Source: a bacterium (GTDB lineage Bacteria; Patescibacteriota; Microgenomatia; UBA1400; UBA12108). Taken from it: a stretch of 62,682 nucleotides of DNA. The notes under the pieces were generated by a model, which ran no database searches, was not told where the DNA came from, and saw only the letters and a program-made list of their open reading frames with translations. This document shows positions 26,241 to 38,910 of the stretch, piece after piece. The stretch's first letter is position 1. The number at the start of each line of letters is the position of its first letter. The position numbers and the translations under genes are program-made. The stretch is from assembly GCA_021788365.1 (NCBI GenBank), contig JAJYKS010000006.1:1-62682 (forward strand), read 5' to 3'.

Positions 26241-27956
26241 TTACGTTCTTGCCACACGCATAACTTCCTCGAGTGTGGTCACTCCCTCAAGCGCCTTGAG
26301 GTAGCCATCCTGTTCCATAAGCATCATGCCGTCGGTAACAGCCGCCTGCTCAATTGAGTCAGCTGGAGCATGCTCCAATATCAGTTTCCCGATTTTTTCG
26401 GTAACTTTCAATACCTCAAATATACCGACTCGACCCTGATACCCGGATTCGCCACACGCGTCGCACTTTCTCCCACGGGAAAGCTGGGGTACGTTGCCGC
26501 CGTGTTGTGCCACAAATGAATCATAGAGCGGGCCGAGTACGCGCTTGAGTTCAGTTATCATTTCGGCAGTCGGTGTATATGTCTCTTTGCACTTGTCACA
26601 AATCTTCCGGACCACACGCTGAGCAACAACGCAGGTCATAGTGGAAGCAAGAAGAAACGGTTCTGCCCGCATATCAAGGAGACGTGGGAGGGCGCCAGCA
26701 GAAGAGTTTGTGTGAAGGGTAGAAAATACGAGGTGACCAGTAAGAGACGCCTGTATGGCCAAGTCCGCCGTTTCGTTATCACGGATCTCGCCCACCATGA
26801 TGATATTGGGATCTTGTCGAAGAAACGATCGTAGCCCGTTTGCAAACGTGAGGCCTGCCTTGGGATTTATCTGCACTTGGTTCACACCATCAATTTGGTA
26901 CTCAACCGGATCCTCAAGGGTAGATATGTTTACCTTTGGCGTATTGAGGATGTGTAAAATAGAATAAAGCGTTGTCGTCTTACCTGAACCCGTCGGTCCA
27001 GTGATAAGAATAATACCGTGCGGCACACGGATAGATTCTTCAAGTATCTTAAGCGCCGTCCCCCGAAGTCCCAGATCTGCCATGGTGGGCACGTTGCTAC
27101 TTTTGCGAAGTAGTCGCATCACAATCTTCTCGCCGTCCACCGTAGGGAGCGACGACACACGCAAATCTACTTCCTGCTCGTCTGCCTTAAAGGTAAAGCG
27201 TCCGTCCTGCGGCACACGCCGTTCATCTATCTTCATATCCGACAAAATCTTGACACGAGATACCACGGCATCGTGTACCTTCTTGGGTAGTACCAATTTT
27301 TCCTGAAGTATACCGTCGATACGATACCGCACACGGGTGTGGTCCTCCAATGGTTCGATATGGACATCTGACGCACGGCTCTTGACCGCAAATTCAAGGA
27401 TAGTAGCCACAATCTTTGCGATAGGCGCCTCACGGATGACGTCTCCAATGTGTTCGACGTCCACGATGCGCTTGGCCATATCGGAGTCCTGCGTTTCCTT
27501 AAGCACTTGGGTGACTTCCGCGGACAAGCTCTGAGAGTAGCGCTTCGGTATTTCCTCTTTCAAGGCGTCAGCAAGCGCGAGACCAGGCAACACTTTCGTA
27601 TTCGATTTTGCCTCAAGAAAAGCGATCGTTGAAAGGTCGAGTGGATTTGCCATAGCGACAGAAAGTTGCCGTGTCTTAGGATCAAACGAATAGGGAAGTG
27701 CCTGATAGTATTCAGCAACAGATTCCGGAAATTTGGCGAGTGCCTCAGGAGAAGATGCAAGCGTATCGAGGTCGACGTACGGAACGTTGTATAGTTTTGC
27801 TCGAGCACGCGCAACCGCCTCAGGCGGAACCACACCAGAAGACACGACGAGATCGTCGAGCGGCGTACCACTGACATAACTTTCCTGCTGCAGACGTGAA
27901 TAATCAGAATCCGACAGCAAGCCATCCTTCTTCAGGATGAGGGCAAGATCTTGCAT
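26241..27956 (-). CDS. pilB: Pilus extension ATPase PilB (GspE family)
   Basis: ASDVHIEP, PQDGR, GPTGSGKTTT, LRQDP, CxxC Zn motif. Confidence 0.97.
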   Translation of the reverse strand: MQDLALILKKDGLLSDSDYSRLQQESYVSGTPLDDLVVSSGVVPPEAVARARAKLYNVPYVDLDTLASSPEALAKFPESVAEYYQALPYSFDPKTRQLSVAMANPLDLSTIAFLEAKSNTKVLPGLALADALKEEIPKRYSQSLSAEVTQVLKETQDSDMAKRIVDVEHIGDVIREAPIAKIVATILEFAVKSRASDVHIEPLEDHTRVRYRIDGILQEKLVLPKKVHDAVVSRVKILSDMKIDERRVPQDGRFTFKADEQEVDLRVSSLPTVDGEKIVMRLLRKSSNVPTMADLGLRGTALKILEESIRVPHGIILITGPTGSGKTTTLYSILHILNTPKVNISTLEDPVEYQIDGVNQVQINPKAGLTFANGLRSFLRQDPNIIMVGEIRDNETADLAIQASLTGHLVFSTLHTNSSAGALPRLLDMRAEPFLLASTMTCVVAQRVVRKICDKCKETYTPTAEMITELKRVLGPLYDSFVAQHGGNVPQLSRGRKCDACGESGYQGRVGIFEVLKVTEKIGKLILEHAPADSIEQAAVTDGMMLMEQDGYLKALEGVTTLEEVMRVART

Positions 27957-28018
27957 ATGGTTCTATATTAGACATATTTGTTCTATCCGTCCAATGGCAA
28001 TAGACATATAATGCAGGT

Positions 28019-28669
28019 ATGGCAGCATACATCGTCGATTATGGTACTTCTGAGTCGCGCGCCGCCTACGTAGCAAACGCCGCTGAAACTAAAGAACTCG
28101 TACGTGTAATTGCCGAAAAAACCTCGATCACCATTAAACAAGTACACGAAATTCGCCACGCACTCGCCACGCACAGCCGTTTAGGACGAATCATATGGAT
28201 AGAGGAAGCAAATCAACTGACAATCCCTGCACAGAACGCTCTGTTAAAAATGCTCGAAGAGGGGAATGCCGAATTTATCCTGACATGCGAGCTTGCTGGG
28301 TCACTCCTTGCAACAATCCGCTCCCGCTGTAGCGTAGTACATCTCAGTCGTGAAAAGAAAAAAGATACAAATACCGGTGAAGGGCACGATGCTCTGGGGC
28401 TCGTCAAAATGGCCATGTCCGCCCCCCTCGGCGAGCGGATAGCTCTCGCAGGAAGCGTGAGTACCGACCGCGAAGAAGCACTTGCTTGGATACGGAGACT
28501 TGGTCGAGCGCTTTCCGCAACGCTTGCAACAACAAATAACATTTCCTCTCAAGAGATTTTAGGGAAAATCGAGACGGGAGTGGGGGAGGCAGAACAACAG
28601 CTCTCGGCCAACTGTTCGGTAGCGCTCGCCATGCAACACTTCTTCCTTCACTTACCGAGGACAAAATGA
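28019..28669 (+). CDS. holB: DNA polymerase III delta'-like clamp loader subunit (short)
   Basis: IEEANQLT.PAQNALLKMLEE, LLATIRSRC. Confidence 0.8.
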   Translation: MAAYIVDYGTSESRAAYVANAAETKELVRVIAEKTSITIKQVHEIRHALATHSRLGRIIWIEEANQLTIPAQNALLKMLEEGNAEFILTCELAGSLLATIRSRCSVVHLSREKKKDTNTGEGHDALGLVKMAMSAPLGERIALAGSVSTDREEALAWIRRLGRALSATLATTNNISSQEILGKIETGVGEAEQQLSANCSVALAMQHFFLHLPRTK

Positions 28670-28746
28670 TTATAGGTCCGTGGACGCGTCCGGTTTAGCC
28701 TGCTAGAATGGCCTGTGTTATAGTGGTTACCTGCCCAATTCGATAA

Positions 28747-30705
<1,959 letters not shown>

Positions 30706-30724
30706 TACACAAAAAGGAGGTACT

Positions 30725-31222
30725 ATGTCCGATCCCATGCAAATCAAAGTTTTTATAGAAATCCCCGAGGGCTCACATGTCAAATATGAGCGCGACGAAG
30801 AAACGGGTATGATCATGGCAGATCGCATTCTGCACACTCCCATGGCCTTTCCCTTTAACTATGGTTTTGTCTTGGGTAGCAAGGGCCAGGATGGTGACCC
30901 CACCGATATCGTACTCTTAACCTCCGAAAAACTCGTCCCAGGAGTCGGGGTAAAAGCCCAACTCATCGGCATGCTGGAAATGACCGACGAAGAAGGGGTC
31001 GACACCAAATTGATCGCGGTCCCCGTAAAGAAGGTAGATCCATTATTTGGGGTCTGGACAGACGTTACCGATGTTCCGGAACACACCCGTGCGAAAATTA
31101 AACACTTCTTCGACCACTACAAAGATCTCGAGCCCGGCAAGTTTGTCAAAACCGGTGTATTCCTCGGTCGTGCTGAAGCAGAAAAAGTACTAGCAGAAGA
31201 TATGAAGAGGGGAGAAAAATAA
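30725..31222 (+). CDS. ppa: Inorganic pyrophosphatase, family I
   Basis: EIPEGS.VKYE, DGDPTD, DEEGVDTK; AGGAGG SD. Confidence 0.96.
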   Translation: MSDPMQIKVFIEIPEGSHVKYERDEETGMIMADRILHTPMAFPFNYGFVLGSKGQDGDPTDIVLLTSEKLVPGVGVKAQLIGMLEMTDEEGVDTKLIAVPVKKVDPLFGVWTDVTDVPEHTRAKIKHFFDHYKDLEPGKFVKTGVFLGRAEAEKVLAEDMKRGEK

Positions 31223-33931
31223 GTGGCAGACGACTCCATTCTAAAACCACTCGACCTCGGTGACGAATCGGTAACCGAGGTGACAGAGACGCTAGCCCCT
31301 GCACCAGCAGAGGGTGGCTTCACCATGAACACTTCGTTCACGACCGAAGATACTCCATACGGTCGCGTTGTTTCCCGCGAAGTAGTGGGGGAGATGAAAA
31401 AAGCATACCTTGACTACGCCATGAGCGTCATCGTCGCCCGTGCGCTCCCGGACGTACGCGACGGCATGAAACCGGTGCATCGTCGCATTCTGTACGGTAT
31501 GAAAGAGCTCGGGCTCTCATTCCCTGCAAAGTACAAGAAGTGTGCCCGTATCGTCGGTGAGGTTCTTGGCAAATACCATCCCCACGGTGATATGGCTGTG
31601 TATGACGCCCTCGCTCGCCTTGCCCAGGACTTCACCATGCGCTATATGCTGGTCGATGGTCAGGGTAACTTCGGCAGCATTGACGGTGATTCCCCCGCAG
31701 CCATGCGTTACACCGAAGCTCGGCTCGCCAAAATCACCGCCGAACTCTTGACGGATCTTGAAAAAGAAACGGTCGATTGGATCGATAACTTCGACGGTAC
31801 TCAGCAAGAGCCGACTGTTTTGCCAGCCAAGCTCCCCAACCTACTCCTTATGGGCTCAGACGGTATTGCCGTTGGCATGGCCACAAAGATCCCACCACAC
31901 AACCTAAACGAGGTTGTCGATGCGACCGTCGCACTCATCGCAAAGGGTAAATCAACTCGCACGGTAGAACTCGCCCAGGATATTCCCGAGGACGAACTGG
32001 CAAGCACTCCCTACACTAATCTCATGGGCTCGTTCGAGTCTTCCGCAGAGGTTGACGACCTCTTGGAAAATATTAAAGGTCCCGATTTCCCAACAGGTGG
32101 AGTCATCTACGATGCAAACGCAATTCGCGAAGTCTATGCTACCGGTAAAGGAAAAATCGTAACCCGCGCCGTGGCCGAAATCGAAGAAACGAAGAGTGGC
32201 AAGTTTCAGATCGTTGTCACCGAGATTCCGTACCAAGTCAACAAAGCAAAGATGATCGGTCGCATGGCCGACCTCGTCCGTGACAAAAAGTTAGACGGTA
32301 TAAGCGACCTTCGGGACGAATCTGACCGTGAGGGTTTACGGATAGTCATCGAGCTCAAAAAAGCCGCCAAACCAAAGAGTGTATTAAACAATCTCTGGAA
32401 ACACACCGAACTACAAAGCAGTTTCCCCGCCAACATGGTGGCTCTCGATGCCTCCGGCACTCCACACCTTATGAATCTAAAAACCATTTTGAGCCACTAT
32501 GTCACCCATCGTCAGATGGTTGTGGTACGTCGCAGCCAGTTTGAGCTAAAAGCTGCTCGCGCTCGCATCCACATACTGGAGGGATATATCAAAGCGCTCG
32601 ATCACTTAGACGAAGTAATAGAGACTATTAAAAAGAGTAAAGACACCGAAGATGCCAAGAAGAATCTTATTGAAAAATTTGGCTTCTCCGATATACAGGC
32701 AGTTGCTATCTTGGATCTACAGCTCCGGCGCCTCTCTGCCCTCGAACGTCAGAAGATAGAAGATGAATACAACGAACTCCTAAAAGTCATTAAAGCACTC
32801 GCTACACTGCTTAAAGACCCAGCTGCAATTCTCGCGACCATCGTCAAGGAGCTCGGCGAGCTTAAGAGTACGTTCGGCGACGAACGAAAGACCAAAGTGG
32901 TAAAGAGCAAGCTTGGAGAATTTTCGGAGGAAGATTTGGTAGCCAAGGAAGACAACCTCGTAGCCATAACCAAAGATGGCTACGTGAAGCGTATGCCGCT
33001 CTCTACCTATCGCACGCAGCGCCGCGGCGGCAAAGGAGTCGTGGGTATGACCACCAAAGAAGAAGATGAGATTATGCACATGACTGTCGCCAATACACAC
33101 GACTTCGTTTTGTTCTTTACCGATCTTGGCAAGGTCTACAGCCTACGCGCATTTGAGCTTCCCGAAGGCTCTCGCCAAGCCAAAGGTCAGGCAATCGTCA
33201 ATTTACTTTCCCTCGGTGACACGGAGCGAGTGCAAGCACTGCTCACACTCACCAAAGATACCTTCACCGACAAAAAGATGTTTATTACCATGGCAACCAA
33301 AAAGGGTATGGTAAAAAAGACGCCGCTCGCCGAATATGAAAACATCCGTGCCTCCGGCAAGATCGGCATCGCGCTCCGCAATGACGATAAGTTGGTGAAG
33401 ACGGTGCTATCAAACGGCGAAAACTATATTATCTTGGTTACTAAGCACGGCAAATCCATCAAATTCAAGGAGACCGACGTGAGTGCCACCGGCCGCGACA
33501 CCATGGGTGTCAAAGGCATAAATCTCAAGGATGGCGACGAAGTTATAGCCATGGAAACTGTCGAAGTAAATCCGGAAAAGCCCATGGATGGTCGCCGCAA
33601 ATTCTATCGCGAGATTCTCGTAGTCACCGAACACGGACTCGGCAAGCGCACAAGCGTCGATGAGTACCCCGAGCAAAATAGGGGAGGGCAGGGGGTAAAA
33701 GTCGCCGAGCTCTCTGAGAAGACGGGTAACATAGCCGCCGTTCGCATGGTAACGGAAGACGATCAGCAGGTGGTCATTAGTACCAAAGCTGCTCAGGTTA
33801 TCAAATTACCCCTGAAAAACATCAAAGTTTTGGGTCGAAGCACCCAGGGGGTCATTCTCATGCGGCCAAATGCAGGCGATCTAGTTACGACGGTTACAAC
33901 ACTGCAAGAATCAGAGGAAGAAGAAGTATAA
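31223..33931 (+). CDS. gyrA: DNA gyrase subunit A
   Basis: PDVRDG.KPVHRR, YHPHGD, AAMRYTE, GyrA box QRRGGKG; GTG start. Confidence 0.98.
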   Translation: MADDSILKPLDLGDESVTEVTETLAPAPAEGGFTMNTSFTTEDTPYGRVVSREVVGEMKKAYLDYAMSVIVARALPDVRDGMKPVHRRILYGMKELGLSFPAKYKKCARIVGEVLGKYHPHGDMAVYDALARLAQDFTMRYMLVDGQGNFGSIDGDSPAAMRYTEARLAKITAELLTDLEKETVDWIDNFDGTQQEPTVLPAKLPNLLLMGSDGIAVGMATKIPPHNLNEVVDATVALIAKGKSTRTVELAQDIPEDELASTPYTNLMGSFESSAEVDDLLENIKGPDFPTGGVIYDANAIREVYATGKGKIVTRAVAEIEETKSGKFQIVVTEIPYQVNKAKMIGRMADLVRDKKLDGISDLRDESDREGLRIVIELKKAAKPKSVLNNLWKHTELQSSFPANMVALDASGTPHLMNLKTILSHYVTHRQMVVVRRSQFELKAARARIHILEGYIKALDHLDEVIETIKKSKDTEDAKKNLIEKFGFSDIQAVAILDLQLRRLSALERQKIEDEYNELLKVIKALATLLKDPAAILATIVKELGELKSTFGDERKTKVVKSKLGEFSEEDLVAKEDNLVAITKDGYVKRMPLSTYRTQRRGGKGVVGMTTKEEDEIMHMTVANTHDFVLFFTDLGKVYSLRAFELPEGSRQAKGQAIVNLLSLGDTERVQALLTLTKDTFTDKKMFITMATKKGMVKKTPLAEYENIRASGKIGIALRNDDKLVKTVLSNGENYIILVTKHGKSIKFKETDVSATGRDTMGVKGINLKDGDEVIAMETVEVNPEKPMDGRRKFYREILVVTEHGLGKRTSVDEYPEQNRGGQGVKVAELSEKTGNIAAVRMVTEDDQQVVISTKAAQVIKLPLKNIKVLGRSTQGVILMRPNAGDLVTTVTTLQESEEEEV

Positions 33932-33941
33932 AGGAGGTAAT

Positions 33942-34139
33942 ATGAAACTAAAGAAAAATGTCGGGACAGTAGACAAAATTGTTCGATACGTGATCGCAAT
34001 TGTTGCGCTGATTGTCGCCATGCGCACCACCGGCTGGGTCGCAGGTGTAGCCTACGTAGTTACAGCAGTTGCTGCCTTGACGGCCACACTCGGCTACTGT
34101 CACCTCTACACATTGCTCGGCATAAATACCACAAAATAA
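33942..34139 (+). CDS. DUF2892/YgaP-like membrane protein
   Basis: KNVG.VD..VR, G.C.LY.LLGINT. Confidence 0.85.
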   Translation: MKLKKNVGTVDKIVRYVIAIVALIVAMRTTGWVAGVAYVVTAVAALTATLGYCHLYTLLGINTTK

Positions 34140-34222
34140 CGTGTGCGTATCTGTGTCATTTCACCGTAGACGCTCATGATATACTGTAGCTACCAATATA
34201 TAGTTTAAGATTGGGGGTAAGT

Positions 34223-34823
34223 ATGCTCACCGTTGGCGACATGATTCCAGACACAACTCTCGAGATTTACTACAAGGATGCCTTCTCAAAAGTAAACCTT
34301 TCCAACTATCGTGGTAAATGGCTCGTTCTCCTCTTCTATCTATCGTGGTAAATGGCTCGTTCTCCTCTTCTATCCCGCCGATTTCACCTTTGTCTGCCCC
34401 ACTGAACTCGAAGATGCCGCGCACCACTACGCAGCGTTCCAAAAAGAGGGAGCAGAGGTTGTCTCCATCTCAACCGACACCGCCTTTGTCCACAAGGCCT
34501 GGCATGATCACTCAAAGGCTATCAGTACCATCACATACCCAATGGCCGCCGACCCAACCGGCGCACTTTGTCGAGTTTTCGGTACCTATATAGAAGGAGA
34601 GGGCCTCTCTCGCCGGGGCAGTTTCATTATTGATCCCGATGGCAAACTCGTTTCCATAGAAATTCATGACAATAGCATTGGTCGCAATATTGAAGAAATC
34701 TTGCGCAAACTGCAGGCTGCAAAGTTTGTGCGTGAGAGCGGTGGCGCTGTTGTCTGCCCCGCCAACTGGCACCCGGGTGAAAAGACCTTAAAACCCGGCA
34801 TTGACCTCGTCGGGAAGATTTAA
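34223..34823 (+). pseudogene. ahpC: Peroxiredoxin AhpC, frameshifted by a 34-nt tandem duplication
   Basis: Frame 1 from 34223: MLTVGD...YRGKWLVLLFYLSW*; frame 2 continues YRGKWLVLLFYPADFTFVCPTE...VCPANW; 34307-34340 = 34341-34374. Confidence 0.85.
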
Positions 34824-34826
34824 CGT

Positions 34827-35048
34827 ATGCCCAAAACTACCCCTCCACAAAAACCCGCCGAACACATAAACACGTGCCACGCCCACTCGGCGGGCAGCAG
34901 CGCGCTCTACAGCCTCGGCACGATCGGCGCGCTTGTCTACTATCTTCCCGGTGCAAGCGGCGTGGGAGATTTTTTCTTTCGCCTTGGCAAGGCGATCGTC
35001 TGGCCAGCCCTTGTCATGTACCATCTCCTCACGCTCTGGAAATTATAA
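34827..35048 (+). CDS. Small hypothetical membrane protein
   Basis: ORF right after ahpC with two hydrophobic segments. Confidence 0.7.
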   Translation: MPKTTPPQKPAEHINTCHAHSAGSSALYSLGTIGALVYYLPGASGVGDFFFRLGKAIVWPALVMYHLLTLWKL

Positions 35049-35072
35049 AAGCTACGTGCAACCCAACTCATT

Positions 35073-35939
35073 TTACTCTGCCGCGATAGCCTCGGCGAGT
35101 GTGTTTGTCGTAGTACGTTTTGACCACTTCCGCGTTGCCAACCAAAAAGCGCCCATCGCGTAGAGCACACCGACAATGACGTCCAAGGCATAATGTTCAC
35201 CCAAATAGAGGACTGCAAACCACACCGCCACAACATAGAGACCTGCCAAAAGCCCCCACATCTTCCACCGACGCACGGCAAAAAGAGAGATCAGAAACGG
35301 CACAGCCGCGTGGAGTGACGGCATGGCGGCGACCGGATTGGCACGTAAAAAACTATAGAGCGTGGGGAGCGACTCCCCAGGGAGGAAATGAGCCATGACA
35401 AGCGGGGTAACTTCAGATACAGGCGGTATATAGCCAGCCTGTGCCGCCATCCACGGCGGCATCGCCGGAAACGCAATATAGGTCACAAACGAGAGGTAGG
35501 CGAGGCCAAGGAATGCCCTCGAAAAAGCAACGAAATCGCGTCGGTCGACAAGCCAGAACACATATGCAAGTAGCATCGGTGCAACAAAATACGAGATATA
35601 TGCGGTGACCGCAACAAAATCGTACCAATGAACCACTCCCGGGGTATACAGCCAATGCTGGAGAGAAACACCAGGTATCGAACCAAATACAAAGGTATCA
35701 AAATGTATCATAGGCCAAATATGCACAGCGGGGGAGATAAGCGGCACTATGCCACGCAGAAATTCGTAGGCAAAGTAAAAAAAGAGAAATGGTCCCCAGT
35801 CACGAATAAAGGCTTTTCCACGGCCCAGAATGAGCGCCCCAAAAATTGCAAAAACAAAAAACTGATCAGGAGAAAACCACATGCGGTGGCTTATCATAAA
35901 AGATGAGACCACCACCATGTATATGACGGCTAAATACAT
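35073..35939 (-). CDS. PAP2 superfamily membrane protein (Aur1/IPC synthase-like)
   Basis: AAMPSLHAA and HYALD motifs, multiple TM helices. Confidence 0.88.
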   Translation of the reverse strand: MYLAVIYMVVVSSFMISHRMWFSPDQFFVFAIFGALILGRGKAFIRDWGPFLFFYFAYEFLRGIVPLISPAVHIWPMIHFDTFVFGSIPGVSLQHWLYTPGVVHWYDFVAVTAYISYFVAPMLLAYVFWLVDRRDFVAFSRAFLGLAYLSFVTYIAFPAMPPWMAAQAGYIPPVSEVTPLVMAHFLPGESLPTLYSFLRANPVAAMPSLHAAVPFLISLFAVRRWKMWGLLAGLYVVAVWFAVLYLGEHYALDVIVGVLYAMGAFWLATRKWSKRTTTNTLAEAIAAE

Positions 35940-35983
35940 ATACCGTTTATTCTAAGGCATGCTGACTGACGAGTACCTTAAAT

Positions 35984-37108
35984 TTATTTTTTATAGAGGT
36001 AGAAGAAATCTTTATTGTACCCATGAAGGTAGGCAAACGAACCATCGTGGATATCTTTTACGAGCGTAGACGTCTTATATTGTCCATTGCCAATGGTATC
36101 AAAGATGTTGAAACGAACCCAGTAAGGATTTATGTCGAGTTGCATAGCGTTCTCAGCCCCCGCCATCTGGAGCGCAGTTGCAAGTGTGGTGGGCGTCAAA
36201 TTATTTCCAACAGCAAATAAAAGATTCCCGTTCTTGGTTAGACCCATCCCACTCCTCCAAGTATAAATACCAGCGGTAAGCGTTCTCCCCCACAGTTTTT
36301 TATCCTCCTGATTGGTTGTTGCGACACGGCCATCCGCAACAAGCATCGGACAATTTTGTCGGACAAAATCAACCTGCCCGGCAAGTGACTGTCCGGTATA
36401 GTTGAGAATCTTGAGCGATCCGTCTTTATAACCAACAATCGTTGCCAGATTATCCTTAAGCGGTAGGTAAGTGGTGTTGCCTACAATCATGCCATATTGA
36501 CCGTCGCGATACTGGAAACCACCGTCAAAAGCCGCGAGGAGCTTACCGGATGAGATAATGTCAGGTGGAACCACTCCCGGTCCCGGCATACCCACGGGAC
36601 CGCCTGGTTGTTGAGTACCGGCGGTAGCGCCCATCTTTACCTGCCGCATATCAAGTTGAAAAATAGTGACGTTCGCATACGGCCTTTCTGGGTCAGGTCG
36701 TACATAGGTATATGCCGCAACAGCTTGGTTGGGGAACGCGGCGAGCGGTCGTACCTGCCACACCCCCTCACCAGAATCGGCAGGATACGAATGGGTAACG
36801 GGAATCGGAGTAAGGTTGAGATCGCTTCCATGTATCGAAATGTTCGCCGTATTGCCAACATCGACAAATGTCACCCCAGTGTCACTCTTTGGGTTATACA
36901 TAGTTTGCTGTAACTTATCAGAAAAATTATAGTAAAACGCCTCAAGTGGAATAACGACGCCAGGTCCCAGTATCGGCCGCAATACGTTATCAGTAAATTC
37001 CGCCGCAGCAGGCGTGTCGTATTTGATGAAGAGACCAGCAGCTACGACAAGCGCCAAGCCAAACAGCCCGATAGAAAGGATAATTTTCTTTGTCCGTAGT
37101 TTTTTCAT
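35984..37108 (-). CDS. Phosphodiester glycosidase (NAGPA-like) family exported protein
   Basis: N-terminal anchor, AAFDGGF, WRSGMG, AMQLD. Confidence 0.75.
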   Translation of the reverse strand: MKKLRTKKIILSIGLFGLALVVAAGLFIKYDTPAAAEFTDNVLRPILGPGVVIPLEAFYYNFSDKLQQTMYNPKSDTGVTFVDVGNTANISIHGSDLNLTPIPVTHSYPADSGEGVWQVRPLAAFPNQAVAAYTYVRPDPERPYANVTIFQLDMRQVKMGATAGTQQPGGPVGMPGPGVVPPDIISSGKLLAAFDGGFQYRDGQYGMIVGNTTYLPLKDNLATIVGYKDGSLKILNYTGQSLAGQVDFVRQNCPMLVADGRVATTNQEDKKLWGRTLTAGIYTWRSGMGLTKNGNLLFAVGNNLTPTTLATALQMAGAENAMQLDINPYWVRFNIFDTIGNGQYKTSTLVKDIHDGSFAYLHGYNKDFFYLYKK

Positions 37109-37149
37109 GAGCTATTAGCGTATCACGACATTCTGCTAAAATACAAGAC

Positions 37150-37719
37150 ATGAAGCGAATTGTCATAATCCCGGGAAATGGTGGCTCCCACGTCGCAACC
37201 GACAATTGGTATCCTTGGATTCAGGCTGAATTACAAAAAAAAGGTTACACCGTTGTGGCAACCGACATGCCCGATCCTGTTGCCGCACACATGGACATAT
37301 GGCTTCCCTACATGGAGTCCACACTCAAAATGGGGGAAGAAACTATCGCTATCGGTCACTCTTCCGGTGCCGTCGCTATTCTTAGATATCTCGAAACTCA
37401 CAGGCTAGCTGGAGCAGTTCTCATAGGTGTCATGCACACGGACCTCGGGTTTGACGATGAAAAAGAAGCCGGCTGGTACAAAGATCCCTGGCAATGGGCA
37501 AAGATAAAGGAAAACGCCGGCTGGATAGAACAGTTCTATTCGACCGATGACCCCTTTATCCCAGTTGCCGAGCCAGAGCTTATTCACACGAGGACCAACT
37601 CCGTCGCGCACATTTTCCACGACCGTGGCCACTTTATGATAGATGACAAACACCCGAACGAAACGGTATTCCCAGAGCTTATCGAGGTAATACGTTCCCA
37701 TGATAAGGGAAACCTATGA
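37150..37719 (+). CDS. RBBP9/YdeN-family alpha/beta serine hydrolase
   Basis: IIPGNGG, NWYPW, GHSSG, DDPFIP, GHF. Confidence 0.92.
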   Translation: MKRIVIIPGNGGSHVATDNWYPWIQAELQKKGYTVVATDMPDPVAAHMDIWLPYMESTLKMGEETIAIGHSSGAVAILRYLETHRLAGAVLIGVMHTDLGFDDEKEAGWYKDPWQWAKIKENAGWIEQFYSTDDPFIPVAEPELIHTRTNSVAHIFHDRGHFMIDDKHPNETVFPELIEVIRSHDKGNL

Positions 37720-38909
37720 AAAATGAAAAAAGACTCCGTGTTGCGTTTATATACGGCGGGGTGAGCCCAGAACATGAAATCTCGGTCATTACCGGCGTAC
37801 AAGCCATGGCGGCAGCTAAAGGAGAGTTCGACGTCATCCCACTATACGTCGCCAAATCTGGCGAGCTCTACACCGGCGAAGCACTCAAGGACATCGGCAC
37901 GTATAGCAAACTTTCATTAATACCCAAACTCGCAAAGCACGCTGGGTTACCAGAGAAAAGCAGCCAGGCGGTAATACCACTTGCCGAGCCAAAGCCTTTT
38001 TCCGCAAAAGAGACACCGTTCGACGTGCTCTTTCCCTGCTTTCACGGCGGGGTAGGGGAGGGTGGCTGGATCCAGGGGATAGCAGAAGCACAAGGCATAC
38101 CGATGGTTGGCACGGGATTAACTGGCGCTGTAATCGGCATGGACAAGGTTGCTATGAAACATGCCTTTGCAGCGGCCGGAATACCACAAGCTTCCTACCT
38201 CTGGTTCTACCGACAGGAGTGGCAGGAGAAAAAGAACCCACTCCTAAAAACAATTACCGGTAAGTTCTCGTTCCCCCTGTTCGTAAAGCCGAGCCGCGGG
38301 GGCAGTAGTATTGGCACCACTATGGCGACAGACAAAGAATCGCTCATTCGCGCGATCGACCTCGCCGCGGCGCTCGACACACGTGTCGTGGTCGAGGAGG
38401 GGATAGAAAACGCCCGGGAATTTAATATATCAGTTATGGGGAACGCGGGGAGCACACTCGAAACATCTGTCGTCGAAGAAGTCTTTCACGGACAAAGCGA
38501 TTTCCTCGGGTTCGAAGAAAAATACCTCACGGGCGGTAAGACAAAGGGCATGGCAGGGACTGACCGACAGATTCCCGCAGAGGTGTCTGGGGACGTTGCC
38601 AAAAAGATAGCCGACATTGCCAAACAAGTGTTCCGCCTCTTTGATTGTGGCGGCCTTGTCCGCATCGACTTTTTGGCGAAGGGTAAACAGGTGTATTGTG
38701 TAGAAATAAACACCATTCCCGGATCGCTTAGTTTTTACATCTGGGATAAATCGGGTTATACCTACCCCGAGCTAATAAAACGCCTCGTTGACCTTGCGAC
38801 GATCCGCGATGCCGAGAATAGAAAAACGGCACGGTCATTTGCATCAAATGTGCTCGAGGACGCAGCCACTTCCCTTGGTAGCAAGCTCGGCAAGAAATTA
38901 TCTGGGTAG
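37716..38909 (+). CDS. ddl: D-alanine-D-alanine ligase
   Basis: GGVSPEHEIS, HGGVGE, FVKP..GGSSIG, EINTIPG. Confidence 0.95.
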   Translation: MKNEKRLRVAFIYGGVSPEHEISVITGVQAMAAAKGEFDVIPLYVAKSGELYTGEALKDIGTYSKLSLIPKLAKHAGLPEKSSQAVIPLAEPKPFSAKETPFDVLFPCFHGGVGEGGWIQGIAEAQGIPMVGTGLTGAVIGMDKVAMKHAFAAAGIPQASYLWFYRQEWQEKKNPLLKTITGKFSFPLFVKPSRGGSSIGTTMATDKESLIRAIDLAAALDTRVVVEEGIENAREFNISVMGNAGSTLETSVVEEVFHGQSDFLGFEEKYLTGGKTKGMAGTDRQIPAEVSGDVAKKIADIAKQVFRLFDCGGLVRIDFLAKGKQVYCVEINTIPGSLSFYIWDKSGYTYPELIKRLVDLATIRDAENRKTARSFASNVLEDAATSLGSKLGKKLSG

Positions 38910-38910
38910 T

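Noticed and set aside
34307-34374. CRISPR-like direct repeat
   Set aside because: Two units are directly adjacent with no spacer, they encode AhpC sequence, and there are no cas genes.
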